A stretch of DNA of 64,000 bases, taken from positions 10,953,859 through 11,017,858 of the forward strand of contig NC_134036.1 in the NCBI RefSeq assembly GCF_964204645.1, written 5' to 3'. Position 1 is the first letter of the stretch, and each line of letters starts with the position of its first letter. Position numbers and translations under genes: made by a program. The notes below the pieces were generated by a model. That model searched no databases and was not told the origin of the DNA. It saw nothing but the letters and a program-made list of their open reading frames with translations. The stretch is from Tubulanus polymorphus. Its lineage: Eukaryota > Animalia > Nemertea. Below, in pieces: positions 1 to 12,354 of this stretch.

Positions 1-570
1 CGTTTTTCATGTCCCTCATTCGTTCGCATTTGTATCGTCTGGCGTATGTTTCAAGCGGAAATACCGGGCATATTATGTTTACGCTCTGCTCAGACCAGAC
101 ACAGTTTTTTTTCGTACGCGTCCGTTTTGGATTGCCTGATGTCGATGCGATGCTGATAATTCCAGAGCTAAGGCCCATTGTCTGTGCTACTGAGCATATA
201 TTCATACAAATCATTCATTAGACCATTATCCATTCTCCAAACCCTATGGAGCTGAATTTTGAGAAAAGTCCGCGTTGAAATTTTATGAGCTATTTCGCGA
301 AAATCTGAATGCAAAAATATTCGTTTTAAAAAGCCAATCAGAAGGCAAAGACTCCTCTCTCCGCTTTGCCGCAGAAATCAGCAGGTGTTCATCAATTAGA
401 GTTGTGAAATCCTATCAGTTCAAAAAGTATTAATGCCTTCATGGGAAAAGTCTTCAATTGCAGTCATGAAATTCAAACTGGTTGTATTATCAATATTGCT
501 ATAACAACATTATTATTGCCATGCTGTGAAGACGTAGTAATAGTAATATGACATTGTAACTGAGTTGAAA

Positions 571-2900
571 TCATCCTTTAAGGTAGGCTTTCGAACTCAC
601 ACAGTGCTTTCGAAAGCTGGTAATTAAGTCCCAATTAAGTGCTTCAATGAAGTCGTACGATTTCATGTTGCTACTAGGATCGAATGGATTTCCCTCTGTT
701 CTGAATGAACATCCTAAAGGTGCCTTAATGCATGCCCATCTCTCTTTGATAAGTTCTTTTTCTTGGGCTGATATGTTCCATTCAGCTGGTGGCAGATTTT
801 CATCAATGAGCTGAAAAAGAATTAATGAAATAAGCTTAAGACTCAAGTGCCATGATTATCTTACAGTATAGCGCTATATAAACAAATAAATTATTATAAT
901 AAGGGATAATTTTTTTTATTTTAATTTATTTATTTTACGTACGCACTAGGGGAGGGGTAACTGTAAATGCGTACTGTAATGCTTAATGTATATTGAAAAA
1001 ATGGCTTATTTTGTGTACAAGGGGAGGGGTTTGAAAAAGTAAAATTTTATGCAATAAATGAATGATCCCTAATTATTAAAATTAGCTGAAATTAGTTAAT
1101 GTAAATTTATTGTAGAAAATGTAATAGTGCTACAAACCCAAAATTGTTCATTTCGCAATAGAATTTCTTCGTACTGACTTAGTCTTACACCATCTCTCAC
1201 TTCGTTTCCATTGAATTCTTCGATAAATTTCTTTATCATACCACTAATGGTATGCAAAGGATCCAATGCAATGATATCATTGACATTTGTTCCATCTAAA
1301 TCGAACAGAATCGACCGCCCTTTGAAGCCGAGTTCCAGCGTAACTGTTCCTTAGATTTCAAATGAACATATTATAACGCATTCTATAAATTTTCTTTAGT
1401 CGATGGTAATTCTTTATTGATGTACCGTTATTAACTCTGTTTGCACTTCTCAGCATAATGCCATGGGTTTTTCATCAGGTGGATGTCGCACCTCGATATT
1501 TCTAGTTGTTGAATTTCCATCATCGCTGATTAATGGTGCATCTACTTCAATTCGCTGCACATGATTAACTGGTAAGTATCTGATACAAAAATCAGAAGCA
1601 ATGTTTCTAAGAATATATCTTAACATACAATTGGTATTCAAATGTAGAATTTTTTCTTGCCTCCGATTCTGATGGTAGATCATTCTATTCAATAGTTGTG
1701 GGTTACCATGATGGCAGCATTTTATGCACCCATCAAAGCCAGCTGCCGTCTGATGCATTAATGTCAAACAGTGACTCTCGTTATCACCCCCGACTATTAT
1801 CAACTTGCCCTGATTGATAAAATGTACTTATGGTGAATGCACTACATTTATTTTTAGAGTACATATTTTTCGAGTCGAGAACAAATAATTTTGACTGGGG
1901 TATTCTGATATGAATTACCTTTAATTCGAAGTGTTCAAGATAACGACTTCCGTCTTTCGTTTGTTGCGCCTTGCAATAATTCATTGATTTCAGTAATTAA
2001 TGGCTCTAAAAAGCCGTTTACGCTTTGTCGTTTGTTCATTTTCATTAATCCATGTATGAACGTATTTTCATATGCCTTCCCTTCTGATGGTCTTAAATTG
2101 ATAAAACCAGTTGTTATTATTCCTCAGACTTCTATCAATTAATTTCATGATATGTCGTATGTCGGAGACATCAATTTCACTACATGTACCTTAGATTTAA
2201 AAAGTTAATCATGATCGGCCACACTATATATTTCTTGTGTCTGAATTTGTTAGTGCCGTCCATCGTTAGGGCCAATCCTAGGCATCGCCTATCTCCTGGA
2301 AACAGTCCATCTTCAGAAAAGAGACGTTGCCATGTTTCCGTTTAATGCAGGTTGAATATTCTATAAAAATGTGTAGATATATTTTAGTAAGCTATTGCAA
2401 TCGTTCTGATGATGACGTCATCACAACCCCATTATGTAGAATAGTAGCTACCTACCTTTCACCATCATTTGGTCTCCAATATTCAATGACCCTGCGCACC
2501 ATGTTGAAGTGTTCATATTGTCCTAGAGAGAGATCAAAGAGATGTATTTTAACACTTCTAAACAGAATCTAGTTTTATTCATACCTAGATGAAATCAAAT
2601 AATTAACCATTATGCAGAGATCATGTATCTTAGATGGTTTACCTTTCAGATATGGGATTAGTGGCATCCACGTGAATATAGCAGTCTCAGCAGACCCACA
2701 TTTGTCACATCGTTCGAGATGGCGATTGTTCCTCCAAAACATCATACAACCATTCGTACACACTTTTTCGTTACGCATATTCCCGAATATATATTTTTCT
2801 AACGTCTCTAGCTGTTTTACAGAGCGTGGTGTTATATTCGGTTGGGGTAAAATGTGGTGTATCATATTCAGTGTTCTTGTCATTTCTGTTTTCGATATAC
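571..2900 (-). pseudogene. Degenerate, intron-containing CACTA/EnSpm-type transposase remnant
   Basis: Minus-strand fragments in the expected order: CxNGC...CxxC (KVCTNGCMMFWRNNRHLERCDKC), IGLALTMDG near 2260-2290, AAGFDGCIKC (1720-1745), FKGRSILFDL...IALDPLHTISG (1245-1330), then P..P...KSYD. Many stops and frameshifts. Confidence 0.6.
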
Positions 2901-3014
2901 CGGTGGTTGCTCTCGCATATAGTGATGTAACAATTCCAATATACTGTATTAGATTGATATCGGAACCCTTATAAATAGGTTGTTGAAATATCTCGTGGTC
3001 ACCATAGTTACCTA

Positions 3015-3190
3015 CATCATCATCATCATCTTCCCCTCCTTCATAATCACCATTATCATCACCATCATCATCCCGTCCATCTCCCCCATCTGCTCCATCT
3101 CCAATCGCTCCATCTCACCATTCGCTCCATCTTCATCCTCTCTATGATCATCTCCATCACCATCCCCTCCATCATCTTCAAATCTTCTAT
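3015..3190. repeat. (CAT/CCAT)n low-complexity tract
   Basis: Visible CATCAT/CCATCT repeats; would encode a D/G/E-rich stretch on the minus strand. Confidence 0.75.
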
Positions 3191-3819
3191 TGTTATTTCC
3201 ACCGTCTTATTCGGCATGATTTCCTGCACCTTCAACTGTATTTTCACTGATACCACATAACACGCTAATCTATGTAAATAAGCATGATTTATAAAGCAAT
3301 AACTTATAACTTAATATACATAACATTTAGCCAGATAAAAAGGATAATTCTGGGCGAGTTGGTAAGTAAATTTATTTCAAGGTCATTAATGAGGTAGTAA
3401 ACGGTTTTGCTAAATTTCCTTATTATTTGAGTCCCAGCCATTAGGACTTGCCTTTAATTCTTTTGTACTTTCGTTAGTTAGAACATCTTCAAATTTTCTC
3501 TTGTGCCTTTTCCAGGTTCTGCGGCACACCATATTGCCATGACATTTTGCACGATATCAGATCACCTTTGACATTACAACTGAAACTATATACAATTTTA
3601 AAACTAGAATATATTGAATATTCTTGAATGGGCTTTTGATTGATCGCACGTAGTTCCTTTACGTGGGTTGAAATATTTTTTGATTGCATTTTAACATGGA
3701 TTGGAACAAAACAAAATTATTTGAAATTCGTTTTTCTTATTATTTTCCACTTCGATGAAAACCTCGATGGACTGCAAAAAAAAAATAAAAAAGAACTGAA
3801 AAATGTATCCTGAACAGTT

Positions 3820-4075
3820 AATTGCGTGAGTTATCATCAATACAATAATCAGGGTTTATCGCAGTCCTTACGTTGGAGTCAACAGAGACAATACACTCAC
3901 CCAATTGTGAGTATTTGGATATATCTTCTTCAAGGATTTCAGAGATATCCCCACCCTGTCTATTTACAGGGGACGTGTGCAGGCTAATATAAACAGTACA
4001 GAGATCAAGTGAGGCACGCAGCTGAGCCTGCCTGTCAATCAACATAATTGGTTTACACTAAAAATGCGGTTACTT
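3820..4075 (-). mobile_element. Non-LTR retrotransposon APE endonuclease fragment
   Basis: LCTVYI...LEEDISKYSQLGECIVSVDSNVRTAINPDY resembles a decayed 'GDFNART' region of LINE endonucleases. Confidence 0.55.
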
Positions 4076-5015
4076 GAAAAGCTATGTTGTGTATCAATCT
4101 GGAATTTTCGGCACAATATCCGATGCTAAATACCTTGCTTTGAAGGTTTATTTGGTGTTAATCGGATCCAAAATGTTTCTAATATTTTGTTCATAACTTT
4201 TGAAGTGGAGGCCGGTGTCGTGTGTAAGGCTGTACGTACCGGGTACTGGCGCTTACAACAGGCGCATCATTGATGGTGTATTTATGCGCGAGTAGATGAA
4301 ATGATTGAAATTTTAACCGCTAAATCGGCGTTCATTACGCATCCTTTCAAAATTAATATTTATTTAGATATCTTTATCATGATAATTATAATATTCTTAA
4401 GACAAGCGAATTACGTCTGTGGACCTATTTTATTGAGGCGTATCACGCAATCTGAAAAAAAAATCATCCGATCCTGTCACGTGACTTCATGACTGCAACT
4501 TGACGATAGCTTAGGTTCTCATTCTTCGAACCAAAAATGACCTTCCCATTCCTGACTGTGGTTTGTGAAAATATCCGATCGTGAAACTTAACCACAGTCA
4601 GGTTACGGACCACATCAAATTGTGACAAGCCCCCTGTGTTCCGACACCTTTCCATCTTGAATCACCTTTAACCGTACAAAAGAAGTATTCGATTAATAAG
4701 TAAATTTACTTACTGTATTTCAATGTTGAAATGGTTTGAAGACATTCTGTCGGTTCTGCGTTGACAGAGAAGCTTCTAAATATTTCAAGTAAAAATTGCA
4801 ATTGATTCGTCCGCCATCGAATAATGTGTGTCTGCAGAGTTTCCAGAACCTGTCATGTCAAGTCCCAAAAAAACCCGAACTCACGACAATATTTGACGAA
4901 ACGGCGAAATATCTAGACATGCGCTAGACGAATGGAAGAACATTTTGAGTTGAATGAATATTCTGACCCGTCGTAAATATCGAAAATTATTCAACAATAA
5001 CGATAAGGAAAATGT

Positions 5016-6010
5016 TCAGGGCTGCGTTTTTAACCGCACGCCGGTGCAATGAACCGTGATCGTACCGTCGGTGTAAGGACGGCCGTGACCGCGATCATTC
5101 TGGCTTTCGCCGTACGCCCGCAGGGCGCTCGCCAATAGACCGGGTTCTACGTACGGTTCCAGGCCGCTGCCGTCCCCGCACATGGCGAGTTTAAACTTTG
5201 TCCCAGCCATGCGTCCCCGGCCGCGTCAGGTGTACGTCGAGCCTGGTGACATCCTTCCCGCACAACGGACACGGCCTCGATTTCGCATACCGGGCATTGC
5301 CGAACTTGAGCCGTACTTATCCGCTTTCTCCGCTGAGGAACGGGTTCGTGGTTGCGGCAGCGGCTGCGGCTACTTCGGCCGACGTTCTCGCCTTCGTCTT
5401 CGTCGTCGCTGTCGGCGTCCGCTTCTGATCCCGGGTGGTAATCTTCATCGTTGTTGTCTTCGGCGTCGTCGTCGTCGGAGTCGGTATAATCGGCGGCGCG
5501 AAGATCGTCTTCGTTCGCTACGAAATCGTCGTCGTCGTCGTCCGATTTGGAGGATGGATACGTTTAGATCTGGAAAAGAAAGAAATTCGCGCACAATCGT
5601 CGTTTTTCGATCGACCGACACGACAATTACCGCCCGCCCGCCCGCCTGCCTTACAAACGGTAACACGGCATACTTACGTTTATTTCACCGAGCGGACACT
5701 TGCGCAACAGCAACAGGTCGTCGTCGTATGTATTGGATTTTTCCGTCGATTGCGCCGCAGGCATCCAGACGCTATCGTATTCCGATGACTCGTCGGCGGG
5801 ATAGTTGAGGATCTGGAGACCGAAACGAAAACAAATGGCTATATAATCCCAGCGACGCGATCGAATAGCGACGGGCGGAGAAAATCGAGCGACCGGGTTA
5901 CGAAAGAATACTTACGGTTATATCGCCCTGCGGCATGTCGGTGACGACAAGCTCTGAGTAATTGGAAAAGTGGGCTTTCATACCAGAGTACGAGAGTACT
6001 AGCTCTCATC
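5016..6010 (-). pseudogene. GC-rich spliced gene remnant with an acidic tract and a C2H2-like finger, probably TE-derived
   Basis: GTAAGT..CAG introns at 5914-5813 and 5677-5570. The exon between them (5812-5678) is open. Next come a TAA, a D/E-rich run and, in another frame, CPLCGKDVTRLDVHLTRPGTH. Confidence 0.45.
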
Positions 6011-6037
6011 ACCATAAGTAATTTTTTTCCCTTATAA

Positions 6038-9000
6038 ATGGGGGAGAATGAACACCAACCAGAAAACAATAATGTTAATAAAAATCAATATTATTGCCCA
6101 TATTGTAAAAAATACATCGATAAATCTAATAAATCTAAACATGAAAAATCTTCAAATCATATAAAAAATGTTATAGATTTTGAAACTTCAGAAAATTCCA
6201 ATGAAAGAAAAGAACGATTAGAAAATATGAATGTGGATGAAATAAAATGTGAAGTTTGTAATGAATTTATAGTAAAAAGGAATTATAATAGACATCTCGA
6301 ATCACAAAAACACCATCAAAATTTGAGTAATAATGTTTTAGGAAAAGATTATTTCGATGATAAACCTCAAAAGTAAAAAAAACCAACCTCAAAAACAAAA
6401 TCCATTTCAAATAAACCTTACATGGAAAATGTTAGAAATTATATTGATTCACTAGAAATAAAAGATACAATTGAAATTTTAGGAACATTACGTAGTAAAA
6501 TTGGTCATGCAGCTATTATATTTAGATTTTTTAAAGGTACAACAATACAAGATTATAGTAAATTTAATGAAATAATAGAAACAATACTAGATTTGATAAC
6601 AGATGTTGAATATCCAAAAATTAGTATCTCTGGGAAAGTAAGTTTTTTAAAGTCAGAAGAGAAAATGGATTATAATATTCAAACACTCTCTGAAGAAATA
6701 ATTTCAAAAACGCAAATAAAAGAGAAGTTAGAAAAAATATTTAATGAATTGAAACGTCATATTGAAGAAAGATATTTTGAGGGTTCTGGTTTAACATTGA
6801 ATGGAATTATATTTTTAGATTTAAATGTTTATAATACAAAAAGGAATAAAACATCAAAAAGTAAAACAATGTTTAAAAATGATTCAAACTGTACTACAGA
6901 AAAGGATATTAAAGCATCGAGTTAAATTAAATTACCATTCACAACAAAAGCAGTAATAAATGTTCAAAATGAAGATAATAAATGTTTTCTATGGTCAATT
7001 ATTAGTTGTTTACACCCAACAGAAGATATAACGCATAGTTTTAGAATAACAAATTACTAGAAATATGAAACATTATATAAAATTGATCAATATTCAGTAA
7101 CTATATAAGAATGATTCCTAAAATAGAAAAAGTTAATAATTTAAAAAAATAAATGTATTTGAATTAATGCAATTACCAAAGACAAAAAGGTGAAAATATT
7201 AAAGATTATACAGATTATAAGATTTAACAGAATATTATGATGATGAAAATGCTATAGATTTGTTATATTACAAAAAAGATGAAAATGAACATTATATGTG
7301 GTTAAAACAAATTGATTTATTCTTTAGAACAGAAAGTGATCATCATCATAAAATTTATCTATGTAGAAAATGTTTATCTAAATTTATGTCTGAGAATACA
7401 TTATTAAAACATAAAGAATTATGTGATTATAAAGATTTTTGTAAATTAATAATGCCAACAGAAAAAGATTATAAATTGAAATTTACTAATCATAAATTTA
7501 AGAATATTGTTCCATTTCTAATTTATGGGGGTTTTGAATCGTTGAATAAAGAATTAACTGATCAAGATAGAAAAGAAATATATAACAAAAAGCAATTATT
7601 AAAATCAATGGATAAAGGAAATGAATTAAATGAAGACACAATACAAGACCCACCAATTATAAATACAATTTAAAAAGTTCATCAAAGAGCTGCTGCTTAT
7701 GGAATTTACATCAAATCAAATTATCCTGAATTATATGAAAGTCAATATATTTCTTTTAGAGGTGAAGATGTAGTTAATGATTTTATTACAAAAATAATTG
7801 AATTAGAAAGTGATTTTGCAAAATTATTAAACAAAAATAAAAGAATAGTTATGACAAAAGAAGATGAAATTGATTGAAGATGAATTTTAATTATGCAACT
7901 CATTGTTGTTATTGTGAAAAACGTTTTTATTCATTTGATAAAAAAGTTAGAGATCATGATCATTTAAATTCAAAATATCGTGGAGCTGCTCATGAAGATT
8001 GTAATTTACAAGCTAAAAAAGTAAATTTCGTACCAATATTATTTCATAATTTATCAGGTTATGATACCCATCTATTTATAAAACAATTATCGGGAAAATT
8101 GTGTGCAATTAATCAAGAAATAGAAGAATATAATGCTATGAATGGGGTAAATGTAAGAAAATATGATTTTTAACTATTAGCTAAAACATCTGTAAATTAT
8201 ATTTCAGTTCAATTTGGTTGCATTAGATTTTTAGATTCTTATAGATTTCTAGCAAGTTCATTAGATAATTTATCAAAAAGTTTAGTTGATAATGATTTTG
8301 TTATAACTCGACATTATTATCCAAATGAACAAGATTTTAAATTATTGAGATATAAAGGTGCAATTCCTTATTCATTTTATAAAACACATGATGATTTTAA
8401 TGTAACAGAATTATTAAAAGATCCATTGTATGATCAATTAAAAGAGGAGTTTGTGAAAGACGAAGTGTTTAATAGAACATTAAATATTTGGAACCATTTT
8501 AAGATGAAAAATCATGGTGAATTAGTTGATTTATATTTAAAATCAGATGTTATGATATTGGCTGACATATTTGAAAAATTTAGAGAAGTTAATTTGAATC
8601 ATTTTAATGTTGATCCTTGTTATTGCTACTCTAGTCCTGGTTTAACCTGGCAATGTGGTTTAAAATACACAAATGTAGAGTTAGATTTATTAAAAGAACC
8701 AGACATGGTTTTATTATTTGAAAAATCAATTAGAGGTGGAATTAGTGGTGTTATGGGAGATAGATATTTTAAAGCAAATGATGAATATAGATTATTATAT
8801 ATTGACGCCAATAATTTATATGGTTGGGCAATGATGCAACCTCAACCATACAAAAATTTTATATTAACAGAAGTTGAAAATGATGATAAAACTGATTGGG
8901 AAAGCGCAATTGCGAGTTTAAAAGATGATGCACCAATTGGTTATTTCTTTGTAGTTGATTTAGAATATCCTGAAGATTTAAAGTTTAAAACAAGAAACTT

Positions 9001-10738
9001 ACCTTATTGCCCAGAACATTTAACCGTAGATGATAGTTATTTAAGTGAACACCAGAAGAAAATAAAACCGAAAGATCATGTTTTTACAGAAAAATTAATA
9101 CTTACTCAAAATAATAAATACAATTATATCGTTCATCATAGAATGTTAAAATTTTATCTATAACAAGGAATGAAATTGAAGAAAAGGAATGAAATTGAAG
9201 ATAGTACATAGATATATTGAATTTAATCAATCGAAGTGGTTAGAAAAATATATCGATTTCAATACTCAACAGAGAACCATATCAAAAACAGATTTTGAAA
9301 AAGATTTCTTCAAATTAATGAATGATAGTTTTTATGGTAAAACATGTGAAAATATTAGAAATAGAAATGATATTGAATTAGTAATAATTCTGAAAGATTA
9401 AGACATTAACAATCAAGTCCTAGACATTTAGGAAATAAAAGATTTGAAGATTATTTAACAGCAGTAAAATTAAAAAGAACGTCAATGAAATTTAATAAAC
9501 CTATATTCATTGGTTCAACTGTTTTAGAAGTATCAAAATTATTAATGTATGATTTTTATTATAATGTTTTACAACCGCTTTTTGGGAAAAAGCATATTGA
9601 AATATTATTTTTTGATTCTGTAACAGCTGACACCCCAATATTATTAAAATGTAATGATAAAATATTGATAAGAAGAATTTCAGAAATAATTCCAAAACAA
9701 AATGAATGTTATATTTCATATGGTGAAAAAGAATTGATATAAATAAATGGTTTAATGGATGTTTGGACAAGAAATGGATGGAAAAAATTAAAGAATATTA
9801 TTAGGCATAAAACAAATAAGAAGATCTATAGAGTTAGAACTAAATTAGGGTTTGTAGATGTTACAGAAGATCATAGTTTAATTAAACGAAATGGCGATGA
9901 AATAAAACCAACTGATATAAAAATTGGAGATGAATTATTACATAAAAGATTTTTCCCAAGAATGAATCATATGTCATTTGATGAAATAATTGATAATATT
10001 TATAATAAAGAACCCGAAACATTAGAAGAAAAAGAATATTTTATCAAATGATTTTTTATGGGAGATGGTTCAGCAGGTGTGTATAATTATGTTTGGGGTA
10101 ATAAATATTGTTGGTATTTATGCAATCAAGACTTGAAATTATTAGAAAGAATTAAGAAATTCTGTGAAGAAGTTTATTCACATAAAACATTTAGAATCCT
10201 GGATGTTATGAAATCATCAGCAGTTTATAGAATACTTGTAAATAATCCTAAAGATTTTGCTATAAAATATAATGATGAATTCTATATTCATGCAATAGTG
10301 AAAAGTAATACTTCAACAAAAGAAAAGATAGTTCCAGATTATGTATTAAATGCAAAAGATAATTTAAGAAAATGGTTCTTCATTTGATTCTACGCAGCAG
10401 ATGGTGCTAAAAATTTACGAGTTCTCCAGCAATATCTTTAGCTCAAAACGGAAAAGTTGCTATATCAGGGTTAAACATATTATGTAATTCATTAGGCTTC
10501 AATATGAATATTGGATTGATTAAATCTAAACCAAATTGCTTTAATTTAAGCCACACAGAAAAAGATTTAACTGAAGAAGTTATAGATTTATTTGAAATAT
10601 ATAACCCAACAGATTATGTTTATGATTTATCAACTGAAGATCGTACATTTAACTGCGGATTTCCATTAATTTGCTTCAATACTGATGCGTACATACTAAA
10701 AATCAAGACAAATGACATAACAAAAGACTTAAAAACAC
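6038..10738 (+). pseudogene. Protein-primed family B DNA polymerase (pPolB), intein-containing, degenerate and 3'-truncated
   Basis: Collinear with the E2 pol: N-terminal Zn fingers, NKCFLWSIISCLHP, DHDHLNSKYRGAAHEDCN, FHNLSGYD, YIDANNLYGWAM, KLMNDSFYGK, FD/TDAY. Multiple stops and frameshifts, including a 19-bp tandem duplication near 9167-9200. Confidence 0.93.
9617..10680 (+). mobile_element. Intein with LAGLIDADG homing endonuclease in pPolB motif C (decayed)
   Basis: Begins SVTADTPILL directly after ILFFD. Block B VDVTEDHSL; LAGLIDADG blocks FIK*FFMGDGS and FFI*FYAADGA; block F/G VYDLSTEDRTFNCGFPLICFN followed by +1 Thr (TDAY). Absent from the E2 pol (YFD|TDSY). Confidence 0.93.
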
Positions 10739-10744
10739 CCATTT

Positions 10745-11137
10745 AAATATGTTACAAAGTTTGTTTCAAATAAAAAAGTAAATGGTAAAGAATTATATGA
10801 AGATTTATTATTAGCAACACCTAATAAAGATGAATTAGATTTAACCGATGCTAATAAAATATTAGGATCAAACATTGTAAATGAAATATTAGGAGCAAAC
10901 ACTAATAAAGATGATAATGAAAATATAGTTACAGATATTGATATTAAAGATTCTATGAAACATAAAGTAGAAAATAGTGATAAATTTGATTGGATGAATA
11001 AGCATAACAGTGAAACAACTATTGATGATGCGATAAAAAGGGTGAAGAATAAGTATAAAAATAATAAAGAATTTGAAGAAAAAAATTCGGTAGAGAATTT
11101 GAAAAAAATGTTAGGGTATGATAGTGAAAGTGATTAA
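10745..11137 (+). pseudogene. 3' part of an E1 hypothetical gene joined to the truncated pol by a deletion
   Basis: Pol homology ends at DLKT (about 10738). An AT-rich open frame follows, ending LGYDSESD*, with no obvious counterpart in E2. Confidence 0.5.
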
Positions 11138-11170
11138 AATATTAATTATATTTAACTCAAATAATAATAT

Positions 11171-11535
11171 TAGTTCAAAATTGTATAAAATAATAGTAAA
11201 TAAAAAAGGGGGTTTTAAGTATTTAAGGTATCTAATACATATCTAATACATATCTAATTACATATTATTTGAAAATACCTTAAATTATATTTCTTTTTTA
11301 AATTTATATTGAAACCTCAGTAATAATATATAACCTTTATTATTTTCAAACTTATTCATATAATAGTTGAAAAAATAAAAATAAATTGGTTGAAAATTGT
11401 ATAGATAATATTTATTTTAAAAAAGGGGGTTTTAAGTATTTAAGGTATCTAATAGGGTATCTAATACATAGTAGGTATTAGGGTATCTAATAGGGTATCA
11501 GGTATTAGGGTATGTAATACATAGGTATACTAATA
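11171..11535. repeat. E1 convergent intergenic region with direct repeats and (GGTATCTAATA)-type short repeats
   Basis: AAAAGGGGG(G)TTTTAAGTATTTAAGGTATCTAATA occurs twice (about 11203 and 11420); many TATCTAATAC/GGTATTAGG units. Confidence 0.7.
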
Positions 11536-11536
11536 G

Positions 11537-12148
11537 TTATTTTATAAATTTATATTCATAGGGAAATTGTAGTCTCAGTAATAATTTTGAACCTTTATTA
11601 TTCTTTAATTTATTCATATATTCATCATGTAATTCAGTAGGTATAATTTGATTTTCTTCCAATGATTGTTGCATAGATTTTCTATCTTTATTGTAGAATA
11701 AAACTAGAAATCTTATATTCTCCCTAAAGTCTTTAACAATTGAATTATGTTTTTGATTTAAAACCCATGTTGTTATCCCAAAATGTCTCCCAGAGAAAGC
11801 TAAGTAACATAACTCACTTTCTCTCACTTTTGAATCATGTAAATTAGCGCAATCATCTACAATGAATAATGTATTTGATCCTTTATAAGTATCAATTGCT
11901 ATTTTTATACAATTATCTAAATTTTCTTTTACTGTTTTAGGATCTAATATAATAAACTTTTTTATTTTAACTATATCCCTATTATATGTTTTATTCATTT
12001 CATAAGTAGGACCGAATAATATTATATTATCAAAATGATTCTTATAAATAGTTTCTAACAAATCTAATATGAAATGTGTTTTACCACAATTGGTTACTCC
12101 AGTAACTAACATATTATGCGGTTCAAATATAAATAAATCTTTATTCAT
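11537..12148 (-). CDS. A32/FtsK-family packaging ATPase (E1), intact, 203 aa
   Basis: Walker A GVTNCGKT, Walker B LFIVDD, SGRH motif, LNQK. Confidence 0.92.
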   Translation of the reverse strand: MNKDLFIFEPHNMLVTGVTNCGKTHFILDLLETIYKNHFDNIILFGPTYEMNKTYNRDIVKIKKFIILDPKTVKENLDNCIKIAIDTYKGSNTLFIVDDCANLHDSKVRESELCYLAFSGRHFGITTWVLNQKHNSIVKDFRENIRFLVLFYNKDRKSMQQSLEENQIIPTELHDEYMNKLKNNKGSKLLLRLQFPYEYKFIK

Positions 12149-12354
12149 TTATTCTTTTAATTTTACTAGGTAAAATCCATTCATTAAATTTATCATCGTA
12201 TCCTTTATATTTCACCAAAGAATACTTTTTTCCTGTAAGTTTTTGTTTTCAATACTTTTTCTATTTTGTATTCTATTTCATCTGGATTTGGTACAAGTGA
12301 TAATTCTTGTTCATAGAAATAACCTAATATTTCTTCATCTTTTAGATCTTCTAA
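12141..12354 (-). pseudogene. C-terminal (chromodomain) fragment of the E1 integrase
   Basis: Near-identical to E2 33617-33830 (LEDLKDEEILGYFYEQEL...YKIEKVLK); breaks off at 12354. Confidence 0.85.

Larger units (their letters stand above)
6019..12354. mobile_element. Polinton/Maverick element E1 (internally deleted, truncated at both ends)
   Basis: Abrupt switch to very AT-rich DNA containing pPolB (+), packaging ATPase (-) and the integrase 3' end (-). Homology to E2 stops at 12354. Confidence 0.92.

Noticed and set aside
5182-5808. 208-aa Arg-rich plus-strand ORF
   Set aside because: It is the antisense shadow of the (GAC)n acidic frame; the splice signals are on the minus strand.
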